From contig CM060734.1 in assembly GCA_030704615.1 (NCBI GenBank), forward strand, positions 38,192,001 to 38,256,000: a DNA stretch of 64,000 nucleotides, read 5' to 3'. Below the pieces are notes generated by a model, which made no database searches, was not told the DNA's origin, and was given only the letters and a program-made list of their open reading frames with translations. Below are positions 26,044 through 39,640 of this stretch, piece by piece. Source of the stretch: Takakia lepidozioides (Eukaryota; Plantae; Bryophyta). Each line of letters opens with the position of its first letter. Within the stretch, counting starts at the first letter, position 1. The translations under genes and the position numbers were made by a program.

Positions 26044-26312
26044 ATTGGACAGTGGGAATGGATACAACCATGGAAGGCTAACAAGAAATGCAAGGCCAAG
26101 CTACTAGGAGACCTTGAACACACGAGATCCTGGCTCAAGTTCACAGATTGCAAGACGGCAACTAACGATGGGGCTACTCTTGTACCCGGCCTCTTGGTCT
26201 ATAGAGTTTGAGTACAATAGGGACAGTGATAGAGGACTTAGTACGGCTGTGGCTATTACATCTTGTAGCTATCTGGAGTTAGAGGAACCTATCCACCAGC
26301 TAGGGGGGCGAT

Positions 26313-26729
26313 TGTGGCAGACTACTTTATTGTCCATATATGTGTGGTGTAGTTTGGACAGCGATGTAGTTGTGTAGCGATACGTATGCACACGACAGCT
26401 GTCAAGTTAAATAAACACAGTGTGAAATTAACTAGAATAAAGCTAGTTATTTGTATTTAACACTTGGATTTAGTTCAAGTGTTAAGTCAGGTGTCAAGTT
26501 TAGCTTGACACTTGAACCATCTTATCTTCACGAGAGCGTCAGTCGTGCGGCTCATCTCTCTCGAGTTGAGCCTGCGCGACCGAACTCCTTTACTGCTTAG
26601 AATCTGAGTGTGCTTATGAAGGGAGAATATGATGTTGTGGGGTGGAGTCTCCATAGCTTGGGGTGCCCCTGGCTTTGGACTCTTAGTTTAATGAGTGATG
26701 GTGTTGTATTTCATGTCTCTGCGTCAACA
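26313..26729 (+). repeat. Probable 3' LTR of the DNMT-Gypsy; its first ~83 bp recur at 26753-26835
   Basis: Starts TG just after the PPT and ends ..GTCAACA; direct repeat 26311-26395 / 26751-26835. Confidence 0.6.
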
Positions 26730-26835
26730 GTGTAAGTTTAGTTTTCAATCATTGTGGCAGACTACTTTATTGTCCATATATGTGTGGTGTAGTTTGGACA
26801 GCGATGTAGTTGTGTAGCGATACGTATGCGCACGA

Positions 26836-27201
26836 TAGAAACTTCTCCATCAAAGAATCCTTATTTGGGGAAGCCTCTTAGGGAACCTCCTAATCGCCAG
26901 TATATATAGGAGGCGAGACTGGACACTCTTCAGTCTCGCCAACACCAGTTCAAACTACTCTTGTTTCCAGTTCCCAGTACTTCAGTCCAATTCCCAGTAT
27001 CTGGTACTCCAGTCCAGTTTCCAGCATTCCAGTATTCAAGTCGTGTTCCAATATCTTGCATTCTTGTTCATTGTTATAAAGATCGTCTTGATTCCTATTT
27101 ACTCATCATGCATTCGGCCACGCCGACCTTGACTTCTTGTCTAGTCTTGTACCTCTAGTCTGATTTCTTGTTTGTGTTCAGTCATGCTCTCGTCCTTGAC
27201 A
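26836..27201 (+). repeat. LTR (5'-truncated) of a second Gypsy/chromovirus family
   Basis: TATATATA at 26901; ends CCTTGACA; last ~80 bp match 38480-38558, which precedes a Gypsy gag. Confidence 0.75.
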
Positions 27202-29850
27202 GGTGCCATTAGCCTTGTGTTTCACTTTGAAAATCCATTTCGTAGTGATTGGCCTCTTTCCAAGAGGAAGAGGGACTAGTTCCCAAGTCTGATTCTTGGC
27301 AATGGAGTTTAGCTCCTGTTTCATTGCATCCCTTCAGCCAGAAATTTTGTTAGCCTCGGTGAAAGTTGAAGGTTCATAATGAACCTCGAGTGTGTTTACC
27401 TCATAGTCATGTAGATGTGTAGGGCGTCGTCGTTGTCGGACTGGACGAATAGGGGAGACAAGTATGTACAGTGCAACTCTGGGAGATCCAAGTTCGGGCC
27501 CTGGTTTCTCAAGTGGTGGTTGTGCCGGGACAGAATCTGGTTCTGGAGTGACTTGAGATTGGAGTGTAACCTCCTTTGAGCCTTCCTTATCAACATGAAT
27601 TGGAAGATCAACATGTAGATCTAGGGCCTTCGGTGATGAGGGTGTTGAGTTAACACCAATGGCCAGGGGAGACTCTTCCAAGTTGTCTGTCGGTGGAGTA
27701 GCATAAATAGTTGGTGGATCTATACTTACGGGCTGTTCTATGAATCGGACATCTCTGCTGATGAAAATCTTCCTTGAGAGAGGACTATATAGCCTGTATT
27801 CTTTCGTAGTGTTGTCATATCCAACAAAAATGCATTCCTCAGACTTAGAGTCTAATTTGCTGCGTTTATGTTTCTCTATGTGAACATATGAGATGCTCCC
27901 AAAGACTCTCAAATGGCTCAAGTCTGGTTTGATACCTGAGAAGAGTTCGTAAGGACTTGACCCTGAGTTCGCTTTTGATGGAGATCTGTTCAGCAGATAC
28001 GCCCCTGTATTCACCGCTTCAGTCCACAGATACTTGGTTAGAGTTTTTTCCAGTAAAAGACTTATTGCATGTTCAAGAAGCGTCCTATTTTTTCGTTCGG
28101 CGACATCGTTTTGTTGCGGTGTATGGGGCTGAGTAAGTTGGCATTAGATACCGGTTGCTTGCAGAAACGCAGTGAACTCTCCTGATAAGAATTCTCCGCC
28201 CCTGTCTGTGCGAAGCTTGACAATAGATATGTCAGTGGTATTTTCTATCATAGCTTTAAACACTTTGAAATGTTTCAAGGCCTCACTCTTAGCCTTTAGG
28301 AAATACACCCAAGTAAACCTATTGCGGTCGTCCGTGATGGTCATCATGAAATACCTTGATCCTGAGAGCGATGGCACCACATAGGTCCATATGTACCAAT
28401 TCGAGGATTTTCTTTGCCCTGTTTTGAGATGACCGAGGAAATCTTTCTCGGTGCTGCTTTCCTATGAGACATGCACCACACACCTCTTTCAGTAACGGCA
28501 GTTTCGTTATTCCTTCCGCTTTGTTGTGATTTGACAAATAGTGGAGTCCGTGAAAGTTCAGGTGCCCAAGCCGTCTATGCCACAATCTAGCAGAAGTATC
28601 ATCTTCTAGAGAGAGAACTTCAGTACTATCTACGACATGAGATTCTAGTGATCGTGAAGAGTGCGATTCTACTTTATACAAACTATTCTTTGGGTCCCTA
28701 TTACCACTAAGTCTAATCGTGTGTGGAGATTTTGAGTCTACAAAAATACATTTTCTAGAACTAAAAATTCCTAAGTGACCTGAATCTGTCAAGGCACCTA
28801 CAGAAATCTGATTTTGTTAACTCCAGGCATGTAGAGAACATCAATTATCTTTTTTATTGCTCCATTTGAAAGCTGCAGGTTGGCATGGCCTTTGCCTACC
28901 ACATTGTGATGTTGTCCCCCAGCTGATCTCACGGTGTTTGTACGAGCTGGTATTACTACGTTCTGTAGCAGGGACTTGTTCCCAGAGATATGTCTACTAG
29001 CTCCTGAGTGTATGTACCAATCAGACTCTTTCCCTAAGTCCATGGAAGTTAATGCGACTTCTAGCATATGAGCTAAGTCGGCAATATCATCATCCTCAGG
29101 GTCAGAGCCGTCTTGATCACTTTGATCATTTTCAATCATGTTGGCTTGCTGTGTGGAGCGAATCTTGAAGACTTCCTCATATGGCACAGCGCAGTTTCGA
29201 GCCCAGTGGCCGGGCTTGCCGCATCTATTGCAACAAGATGTGGATTTCTTGATGTGAAAGTTTCCGTGACTGGCCCCTCCTTCCTTTTAATGAAATTTCT
29301 TGAACTTCACCCAAAGTGTCTTATCCTCGTCACTGGTCTTCTTGCTCTTGAGCTCTCGTTGGGATTCTTCATACAACAGCATCCCAGAAAGTTCTTCGAA
29401 ATCCGGCAATTTTTCTTTGTAAGCAATCATGATTGATTGAGTGTAATGCTCGTATGAATCATGGAAGTGTCATCATCTTTTTTGAGAAGAGAGAATTTTT
29501 TTCTGATGTTGAGCCTTCTAGAGTTAGATTTGACCTCAAACACCTTTGCTAGATGATCCCATAGCTCCTTGGGGTCAGTTATATGACTCACTGAGGGGAT
29601 AAGTCTCTCCCAGAGAGTGTCCCGAATAAACGACAAGGCTTTCCTCTGTTGTTTCTCAAACAATTCTTCATTGTCCTCAGTTACTTCAAACTTGGAATCA
29701 AGAACATGAGAAATGTCATCTCTCATCAGAAGATTCTTAACCTTGAAACTCCATACAACATAGTTAGATCTACCAGTTAGCTTGTTTTGTTGAGAGAATC
29801 CTAATCCCATATTCTCCCCCTTAGTAGTCATCGTGATTAAGAAGAACAAA
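27202..29850 (-). mobile_element. Ty1/Copia gag-pol (gag, zinc knuckle, protease, GAG-pre-integrase, integrase, start of RT), decayed and truncated in RT
   Basis: KLTGRSNYVVWSFKVK, CNRCGKPGHWARNC, WYIHSGASRH, LWHRRLGHLNF, LRTDRGGEF, LRVFGS, CIFVGY, WELVPLP...KWIFKVK. Confidence 0.92.
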
Positions 29851-32800
29851 TGGAAAGAAAAGAAACACTATCTATGTTAGTGATGCATGTGTAGAAAGAG
29901 ATTTTGCAACGGTTAGCAGCCGAGGTTTATTCGACAACCAAATAGTCGCAGGTTAGTACAGAAGCAATCAGATCCTGCAGCCCCGATTTCAGCCCGCTTG
30001 CTCCTGGTTTGGCATGTTGATGCCAAGGGTTCTATACAAGTGAGGATTTCTGAGAACCTAAAAACATGGAAACCTATTCAGTCTTCTAACTTGCAAGCTC
30101 CATTTGATGTCACATAGATCAGGACAACTTAAGGCGCATGTATAGGTTCTCTGGTATGTTGTGATCACAACACAAAGAGTCAATCAGCACTGTAGCTCGC
30201 ATCAGGCACAAAACCCTAGAGGAGGCAACCTCCACAATCTACAATTACATGCAAACTCCCTCCTAATTACCTCCTCGAGGTGACTTCAGAGAAATAGGCA
30301 ACATGCTAAGAAAACCTAGTGCGGATGGGCCAAATATTAGACTCATGGATGCAACAATCTCGCACAATGGAGGCGCTGCATTATATCAGTCAGGAAATTC
30401 TATGCTTGTCCCTAGAGAAGAGACAAGAATCAGCCGGTGTATGCGAGTTGACGTGCTTGTACCACCAGTCAGAAGGTGAAGATCTCAAGCTCGGATGGCA
30501 AGGGAAATGAACACAAAAAACAGTGCCAGGACAAATCACACATAAGATCCTACATATCACACGTAAGATCTATGGTGCAAAACTTAAAATGTGCTGGGGA
30601 GAGAGAAGATGCTTGCAGCTATCCAACCCTCAAAGTAAGAACCACAAGCTGAAGCAATAAATGAACCTCCTGGGACCCCAAGTTGTAAACAGTGAAATCC
30701 CGGCAACCAAATCACTTCTGTGCTCTCATACCCCAAAACCAAAAGCCCTAATTAACCACTGACAAGCAACATTAAAGATGAAAAAACAACAACAAGGATG
30801 AAATAGATGGGGGAAGATGATACCTGACCGCAGCTGAGCCTAAGGCTGAGCAGTACAAAACCAACAAATCCAACATGTGGTTGTTAGAGAAGCACATACA
30901 GATCCGGATCATAGCTTGAAAAAAAGTTGGAAATTTTTTGGAGCTAGTTATTGATTTCGTATCAGATCTACTTGCTTATATCTGTGATTATCGAATCTGA
31001 GAGTGTTGTAGTCAAGAAAATGTGGTGGAACTCGTGTGTATAAATGTGAACTTATAATTGGGATCCAACAATACGTTTACTATAGATACTGAGAAAGAGA
31101 AAATTCAACAGCAGACCTTAACATTATCATAAACATGCAGAAGGGGACCAAACAGATAAAAGAGAAAAGGAGTGTTGAACATTGAATATTTGATTTGAGA
31201 GTTTTACTACCGGGTTGGCGCAGTGCAGGGCTGGAATCAATGCATACGGTCCGAGGAGACTCTTAGAAAAGCTTAAAAAGAAAAAACAATAGCAGCTGGT
31301 CCTTCGCAAGGCAAGATTACAGCATTGGGTAGACACAGGTTACCCATTTTGTTTACAGTGTACGTCTTGGAAAAGACACCACGATCCTGTTCAATTAGAA
31401 AATCAACAGGAAGAGAAATATGGTAATAAGCTGAGAAGATGGGCTTCAAAGATGAATACCATGAGTGACCTCTATTATGCTCCCGAAATATCGTTCTCTC
31501 CAGCAGGAGTTGCTCGTAGGATTATATCTTCCGGAGAAAGTCTTTCTTGTACAAAGCAAAAACATGTTCCAGAGGTCTTGCCGGATCAGTTGCTCTTCCT
31601 TCTTCTGAAGGATCTCTTTCTCGTTCCGAAGGTCCTCTCTGTCGAATCTCCCTTACTTCCAAGTCTCTTTCTCTCTCCAGGATCTTTGTCGTTGCAGACT
31701 CGCTCTTCCTTCCGAGTCTCTTGCTCTCTTCATCTTCACTCTCGGAAGGGTTTTCCATCTCTCGGATCTCCTCTTCTTCCTTCCGAGTCTCTTGCTCTCT
31801 TCATCTTCACTATCGGAAGGGTTTCCCATCTCTCGGACCTCCTCTTCCACGCTTCTGATCTCCTCTAGCACTCTCCTGCGCTTCAAGACTGTCTTCCGAA
31901 TCACTAATTTCACCGTCCACAGCTGCAGCCTCCATATTATCAGTGTCCATCGTAGAGCACAGAATCCAAAAGAACTGAGGAGGTCAACCACAAGATGAAG
32001 AAGAAAAGTCTCACGATATTAATCACAGCTGCACACAAGTTTAATGCAGGTTCTCAAGAGCATATAATATAGAATGAATCCACAGATGAAATCGTTGAGT
32101 CATGCAAGCTCAGAATACATTGTATTGATGTGCTGTACTGAAATAGAATGTGTAAGCTGAGTTCAATGCTACGCTCCATCGATATTATTGATCTGGAGTA
32201 TATGTGTACCAGCCTACGGCCAGGGTCCCTCTCAGACTTAATGTGCAATGCTCAAGTTGGCTTGCTCTGGACAAGGGTCACAATCCACTAGGAAACGTGG
32301 TCCTCGTGCCTCTTGAGCAAAAGGTTCCCGGTAAGTTGAATTATTTGTCTATTTAGAACTAGAGCTGTACTTCATGTTAGTATAACTGCTGGCTCTTAAA
32401 AAATATATATCTATAAGTCTAGATATTGTATTCTGCTGCTGTGGAATTTAAGGTTGGGTGTAGAATGCCAACCTCCATGATGCTGAGGACCTGTTTCAGG
32501 AGAATAGGCTCGACGGTGTGGTCATGTCAGTTGATGTCCTTGTCGGACCTCAAGTAGAAGGTCTCTCAAACGAGCGGGCTCCATCTCAGACAGGGATCAG
32601 GATTAAAGAGCTCCATTATATGGAGTGAAATGTTCTGTACATGGTTACTTCATTAGTTGGTCCTGATTTAGAATCAATCTGCGGCCAAAGAAAGGATATT
32701 AATCAGAAATATTGCACAACCACTTTGAGCAGAGATTCTTTCGTGACCAAGTAACCCATCAGCTTTGAGTTTGGGAGTATGACCAAAAAGAATGTGGCGA

Positions 32801-33411
32801 TCTCCTTCGGTATGTAAAGATGGTCATGTCAGCAAGATGGATAAGTTTTGCAAAGAGTGTTAAAGGAGTGTTAAAGGAAAAACTCCTTGGATCTTGAGAC
32901 AGCAGAGCTCTGATCTGCGTACGATCTCTTGACAGCTTTGTAAGGTCAATTAGCATATGATGTGGCTGGATTGTACGTACTCCAGCCACATCCCAATCTA
33001 GCAAGTAGACCATAAGTGGGGGTTGCACAACTTGAAGCTGGTGAAGTCCGTTGGAGGAATGGGCATGATTAAGAAAGTACTTAACATGATGCTGAGATCA
33101 CCTAACTTCTAGCAGAGGAATTATTTAGACCCTGCTCAGGGAGCTTCCCGAACTTGGACTAGCTGGTTATAAGGTTATAAGGAAGCGCATCTTCAGTATC
33201 AAACTACTTCTATATATACACACACACACACACACGTAGTATTCACCTGACGGTAGCGTCGATCATGATAGTCGTAATTAATCATACTTGTAACAGATTA
33301 CTCTTTGCTCGGATGTAATAAGTTCATTCTTCTATTAAACATCTTCTAAAGACTAAGTACTGGGAGCAACAACACTTGATGAATATATTATTTAAGTCTA
33401 TATATCGATCG

Positions 33412-34103
33412 CTCTGAGTACTATGGGAACTAGGTTTGATCAACACTTTCCTTGCCCACAGTAGTTTGCAATATTCCTCATGGGGGCACAACTTGTAGGA
33501 TTGATAACAAGCAGATCTTTAACGTATAATGTGCATTTGAATCGGAATCGCAAACCTAGCACGTCATCCATGAGAGGACCGAGAGGCTTCTCTAGATGTA
33601 GGTGCGGATCCACAGACTGTCTCGTGGATTTTGGGCCTCCAGGCTCTTCCCTCCGCAATTAATCTCGTTTGAGGGACAAGTGTCTGCCGCCACTTAAGGG
33701 ATATATCTAGGCTATATTAGTGGGCCATAGACTTTTTTTGGACTGTCGTCCGATTGATTCCGTGGTCTAAGGGGGATTCTGGATGCCAAATAAGCATTGT
33801 TCCTCCATACATCTGCATGGACGGATGTTGGAAGCCTCAGGTTACGGTTGTGACCAGGTTGCACAGACCACTTACCTTCTGACCGCCAGCGAGATGAGAT
33901 TAGACTAACAATAAATATGTATGTACATATTTTAGATTATATTCATGTGCTTAGTTGTCCGTGTAGCTCAATCGTGGTGTGAGCTTCAAATGGTTGGGTG
34001 GCAAGTAAGTTCACATAAAAACGTGCTTGGCAATTGAATGGCAGCTCGAGCCTGGAATCGTAGAAAAACGTTCCTCTATTATCTTTCTCACAATTCCGTC
34101 CCA
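33412..34103 (-). repeat. Possible 5' LTR and degenerate tRNA-iMet PBS of the minus-strand Copia
   Basis: Minus strand TGGGAC...GTTCCCA then TAGTACTCAGAGC (compare TGGTATCAGAGC). There is no partner LTR to confirm it, and it may extend to ~34560. Confidence 0.35.
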
Positions 34104-36080
34104 CTAGAACAGACTCTATCAAATCTCAACTAAGCATAGTACTGGAAACTGTCCAGCCCGCCCAACCACCACGTCGCCATGCATCTATAATCAAATCTAT
34201 CATCCATCAATCCATCAATCGTCTCAATGTGTCAATCTATCAATCTATGTCAAAGTGTCTATCGATCCTCAAGTTGTGTAATTCTATTCTGAAACTCCTC
34301 CTCCTTATATAGGCAGTCCGGCGGCTCCTTCAGTGCAACCTGCAGTACCCATAAATATAAACCCACGTATATCAATCTGGAAAAAGAGTTCAATAGAGGG
34401 TTAAGACAGCTCCTTCCATCAAATATCAATACCAATATAGTGTCGCGGTCGAATATATCATCTTGGTTACCTTAAACAGTGCTTTACCAATTAAGATAAC
34501 TTGATTTATCAATGCACAAGCCATCGGTAGCCTTGCCCAATATATCATTGGTCAAATCAATCTATGGTCAATTTAAACGCCACCCAACTGGATCAAGCAC
34601 TAAATCAAACACCATCCATCTTTAGCATTGCTAAGTTAATATCTTGGTCTAAAACCGTTATATTCAATAGGTGAAGATAGAGGTACATGATAGGTAGATT
34701 AAATGCCAGGTTCATGCAATAGTAGACAATATTGTGCACTATTTGCACGAGCTGCATTGTAAGTCTGGGAAGTCGACCATTGGGAACCACATTTTGCAGA
34801 TTTTCATATATACGTCGGTTCAAAGTAGGCTCGTCAACTGCGCCCCCATGGCTACTTCTACCCTAGGTACATGGCTCGTAAGCTCAAACGAGCAATTTTT
34901 TAACTTTCAATCCAGTGTTCTTCATGTTGGAAATCAACTCTTTACCAAGTTACTGCTACTTAGAGTTACTGTGATGATAAGTCAAGCTTCCATAATAGCA
35001 GTGTTGACAAGTCGCACTTAACAATAGAGATAAGCCTCAGTTAGCTAAAATATAGCTAAAGTTAGCTTCAGTTATTAGTGACTCAAGTCATTGTACCATA
35101 ATAGCAGGTGGAGATAACTTAAGTACAAGCATGGAGTTATGCACTATAGAACTTTATCTCAGCTATTCTTGGATTAGACTTTGAGTAGAAATAGGGAGAG
35201 CTCGGAGGGTGGACACATAGCTTGTTGTGGTCCTATGGTTGGATGGAGAGTTCTCAGTAATCGATTCATCTTTTATCTCTATTATCTGTCGAATTCCAAC
35301 ATGGTATCATAGCAAGGTTTTGTCTAAGAGATAGAGCCTGGAGATGAGTATTTGATTTACAACCTATAGGCTTGAGTGCTTGGTGTTAGATTTGGAAGTT
35401 TGAGGGTGTTTTGTACTTGGCAAAACATCAAACTATCATAGGGCATCCTCTGCTGATCATACCTAAGTGGAGAAGTGAGATGGTTTAACAATTTTTCATA
35501 CATGGAAGATTAAGATGGACTTCATTCTTCATGAGAAAGATCGGTGGGAGATCACATCAGGAGAAACGGTTGAACCAGTTCAACTGCAGCCTGAAGATGG
35601 AGAGATAATAGCCATAGGGATCACTCCTGAGCAACGACTTTCTGAAAAGAAATATAAGTTAGCTTGATGAACCATGTTGTTGAATGTAGCAGGTTCAATA
35701 AGTTAATTCATCATGTTGCACATGCTAAAACTGCTAGAGAAGCATGGTTCAATCTATGTGTCAGTTTTGAAAGAAATCATGTCGTTAATCGGCTCTATCT
35801 TAACCAAAAGTTGTAAGATGGAGGAAAGAATTTAAATTCAAGAAGAAGAAACACAAAGTCTGTTTCTTTTGTGGCATAAGAGGTCATTATGCACGTGACT
35901 GCTTCAAGAAAAAGCTAGACGATGAGAAGAAGGAAAAGTTACAGAGTGAAATTTCATCGGCAATTATGGCTGACAGAACTAAACTTTTTGTTGTAGCTTT
36001 GTCAATATCTCATAGTTGTAAAGATGTGTGGTGAATCATTGATTCAAGAGCATTTCAACATATGACGTTCCAAAGGGAAG

Positions 36081-36495
36081 CATGCAAAAGACAATGCTCG
36101 ATTGACTCTACCCTTCATTCTTGACAACATCTACAGTGCACGTGGTACTGTCTCTTGGAACTCCAACCATTGTCCAACCTTGAGGACCCGACTGGCGATC
36201 TGCCAGAGAGAAGCGCACATCTTGGCGGTGTGGTTATGTTCCAGATGGAGCTCCAGATTCCGCTCCAGTTTCTGTTTTGGAAATCATAATCTTCCCATTT
36301 TTTGTCCATTCACTGTAGATATCTCCTTGCCAATTGCTCCAATTGTGGTGTGCTATGGCTTGAAACATTTCTAACAACTAGTGTGATCAAGGTATGGTGG
36401 CCTCATGAGCTCTGAATTTTCTTAAGGGGTTGCGATCTGGCCCCCAACAGATCTGCACTTGTTGTTCAAGTTTCCGGACGTTTAGGTACTCAGGT
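36081..36495 (-). mobile_element. L1-like LINE 3' fragment (zf-RVT) inside Copia
   Basis: WSGIWSSIWNITTPPRC..LWQI..CRCC..ESIEHCL, read across frameshifts. Confidence 0.6.
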
Positions 36496-36981
36496 GGGAC
36501 ACGAGGTGTATCTTGGAGTTTTGATATTCATAAAAAATGTACTATTGTGTTTCAATTATCATCTGGAGTGTCAAAAGAGATTGGAGATGTTATCTATGTT
36601 CATAGATTGACAAAGAACCTATTGTCAGTTAGTCAGTTAACTGAGCAAGGTCTTACGGTTGAGGTTTCTACCAGTCATTGTTGGTTGAGCTGAGGTAGTT
36701 CAAGATGCAACAACTTGGTTAGGGCAGTCTAGACTTTACATGTGGATTGTAATACACTCTCAAGCAGAGTGACCTCGGCCATTAGAAACTTGGACATGTC
36801 TCAATGCAAAGTTTGGCATTCATGTAAGCTAACAATCTGGTTGAAGCGTGGATCTTACAGGAGATCGGGTCTTGCGTTTCTGTGACGGATGTGTGTATGG
36901 TAAACACCATCGCAACTCATTTCCAAAGATGGAGGCTCTCGAACAAAGAAAGTTATTGAGCTGGTACATAATGATCTATGT

Positions 36982-37707
36982 TGTCGCGCACCTCGCTTCG
37001 GTAAGCTCCCCTTCAAGTCATAGTTACTCACTTTGATGCGCGCGCCAAACTCCCAACCTGGCCGTCGAGCCAACTTGGAGCTTCGGCTGCTCATCGGGAC
37101 ATAACGGTCCCCCTTTCTTCCCCCAACAGACCCTCTACCAATTTGGGCCTAGTGGAAATTCCCTTTTGGTGGATGGCAGTCCGGAATAGCTCCCCACTCC
37201 TTGATCGTTTTTCGGCTCGCTCGCTTACTCATTAGTTTTTTGTCACCAACGGGCTTGCACCGTTCTCGGGGTTACTACTCCCTATATATTCTTCTGTGAC
37301 TGTCCGCGAGGGTTTCACAAACAACCATGCCATTTTATGGCAAACCACCACGAAGACCCTCGATTCCCGGTGATGAGTTGCGGTGAGTCTTGGCCCACCC
37401 ACCACGGCCCCATTGGACCGTGGTGAGTCCCAAGACTTCCCACGACTCCCACCACAAGGTCTCCGCCCCATGGTGAGTCCTATGTCACCCCCACTAAGTC
37501 TCACTAAGCTACCACCACCCCTTGTTGAGCCACCCCCACCGCAACCCGGTGTGCGGGGCTCCACCTAGTGAGTGCCTCCGCCTCCTTGAGTGCCTTGGGT
37601 ACTCAAGGTTGCTTCAGCCCCCCGTACCTATTGTTGCCACCGCCCCAACCACAGGGGCAACCCCTCTGCGTCCTGACCCCCTGCCCTTAAGGCAAAGGGC
37701 CGCGACA
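36982..37707. mobile_element. Solo LTR inserted in the Copia integrase
   Basis: TGTCGCG...CGCGACA termini and 5-bp TSD TATGT; removing it restores ELVHNDLCGHM. Confidence 0.88.
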
Positions 37708-38468
37708 TATGTGGTCATATGTCGTCTGAATCTCATGGATGTGCAAAATATTTCCTGACCTTCATTGATGAGTTTTCCAAGAAAATATTTATTTACATGA
37801 TGTAAAATAAGTTTGGAGTTCTTGATAGGTTCAAAACGGTCAAAGCTTTGGTGGAGAATCAACTGGAGAAATGATCAAAATACTTCGGTGTGATGGCGGT
37901 GGTAAGTCAATCTCAAGGAATTTTAATCAATTTTGTAAGGAGAATGGTATTGTGAAACAATCAATCACACCATATACGCTAAAGCAGAATGAAGTTGCAG
38001 AGATAAAGAATCGAACGTTTATTGAAAGTGTGAGGTGTATGTTGCAACACATGAGATTGGACCACGTTTCTGGGCAGAAGCAGTGGCGACTGCAACATAT
38101 CTCCATAATCGACTTCCAAATAAGACAATATCTGCAAAGACACTTAAAGAGGTTTGGAAGGGTGAGAAATCTTAAAGTGATCATTTGTGAGTGTTTGGTT
38201 GTATTATTTTTGCTCATGTTCCAAAAAGGATAAGGAAGAAATTGGATGTAAAAGCAATCAATTGTATCTTCATTGGTTATTGTGAAGAGATCAAAGGGTA
38301 TAAGTTGTATAACCCTGAGTGCAAGTATCTAATCATCAGTCGTGATGTTATATTCAATGAGTCTAGGAACTTTCATCAGGAAACAGTAGTTCCAAGTTTG
38401 GACTATGAAAAAGAGAACTTGGCTCTAATTCATAAAGATAAAATGGAAGAGGAGATTGTTGAGGAGAT

Positions 38469-39640
38469 TGTTAAGGTTCGCCGACCTTGACTTCTTGTCT
38501 AGCCTTGTACCTCTAGTCTTATCTCTTGTTTGTGTTCAGTCATGTTCTCGTCCTTGAAAATTTGACGAGACTAAATTTTGTTCTTTAGTTAGTTAAGATG
38601 GAAGGCACATTTGCGGAAATGGTCACCACATTGCAGAGTCTTCAGCTCCAGATGCAAGAACTTCGTACATCTACCGCCCAATTGCAAGCTGATCAGTCTC
38701 AAGATCTTGGCAACGCTTTCCACAATTTGCAACAACAAATTTTAGAGTTAAAAGAGTCGAACAATGGATCTTCAACCATACGAGTCCCTACTGCAACAGC
38801 TCCTACTGCAACGGTTTCTCTTCAACAGATTACGAGATAACCAAAGATCAGTATGCCCAAGAATTTTGATGGGACGAGATCAAGATTTCGCGGTTTTGTT
38901 CAACAAGTACGACTGTTCCTACGACTATATCCACAACGCTACCCCGATGAAGGTATTCAAGTGGAATCCGTGGGCACTCTTCTATCAGGCACTGCCATAT
39001 CTTGGTTTGCACCGCTATTAGAAAAAAAATTGCATTTACTATTTAATTTTAAAGCATTCATGTCCGAGTTCACTGCAACGTTTGGAGAGAATGATAGAGA
39101 GAGAGTTGCAGAAACAAAGATGCGAAATCTTCGACAAGGAGCACGTCCTGCTTCCGTTTATGCTGCCAAATTTCGACAACTTGCGTGCGCCCTCGACTGG
39201 AATGAGACGAGCCTCATTAGTCAGTTTCGATGTGGACTAAAAAATAATGTAAAAGATTTGTTGCTGACAATGTCAAACGTGAGCACACTGAATGAATTCA
39301 TCACCCAAGTCATTGCATGCGATAATCGTTTGTTCGAAAGACGTCAAGAAAGCGATTTGGATTGTCAACGACGCATCATGTCACTGCTACTACGACACCA
39401 AATACAATGATCCATCAGACATCCAGTAGTGATCCTATGCAGATTGATGCTGTCCGATTCAAACCATTGACGCCACAAGAAAAACAAAGACGGCGCTCGA
39501 ATGGATTATGCCTCTATTGTGGAGAAGAAGATCACATAGCATTAAACTGCCCCAACAAGAAAAGATTCAAAGCTCGGGGCACAACTCAAGTGTTCGATAC
39601 GAGGAGGTCGGAAAACGACGATGTTCAGTCACAGTAGGGA
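38469..39640 (+). mobile_element. Gypsy/chromovirus 5' remnant: deleted LTR (38469-38558), PBS and gag (38598-39637, disrupted)
   Basis: PKISMPKNFDGTRSRFRGF, LRQGARPASVYA, PMQIDA, CLYCGEEDHIALNC; pol deleted, joined directly to Copia RT. Confidence 0.85.

Larger units (their letters stand above)
20745..26729 (+). mobile_element. Ty3/Gypsy LTR retrotransposon, 5'-truncated, pol order PR-DNMT-RT-RH-INT-PHD
   Basis: Domain motifs listed in the sub-features; polypurine tract AGGGGGG at ~26302 followed by a TG..CA LTR; multiple stops and frameshifts. Confidence 0.9.
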
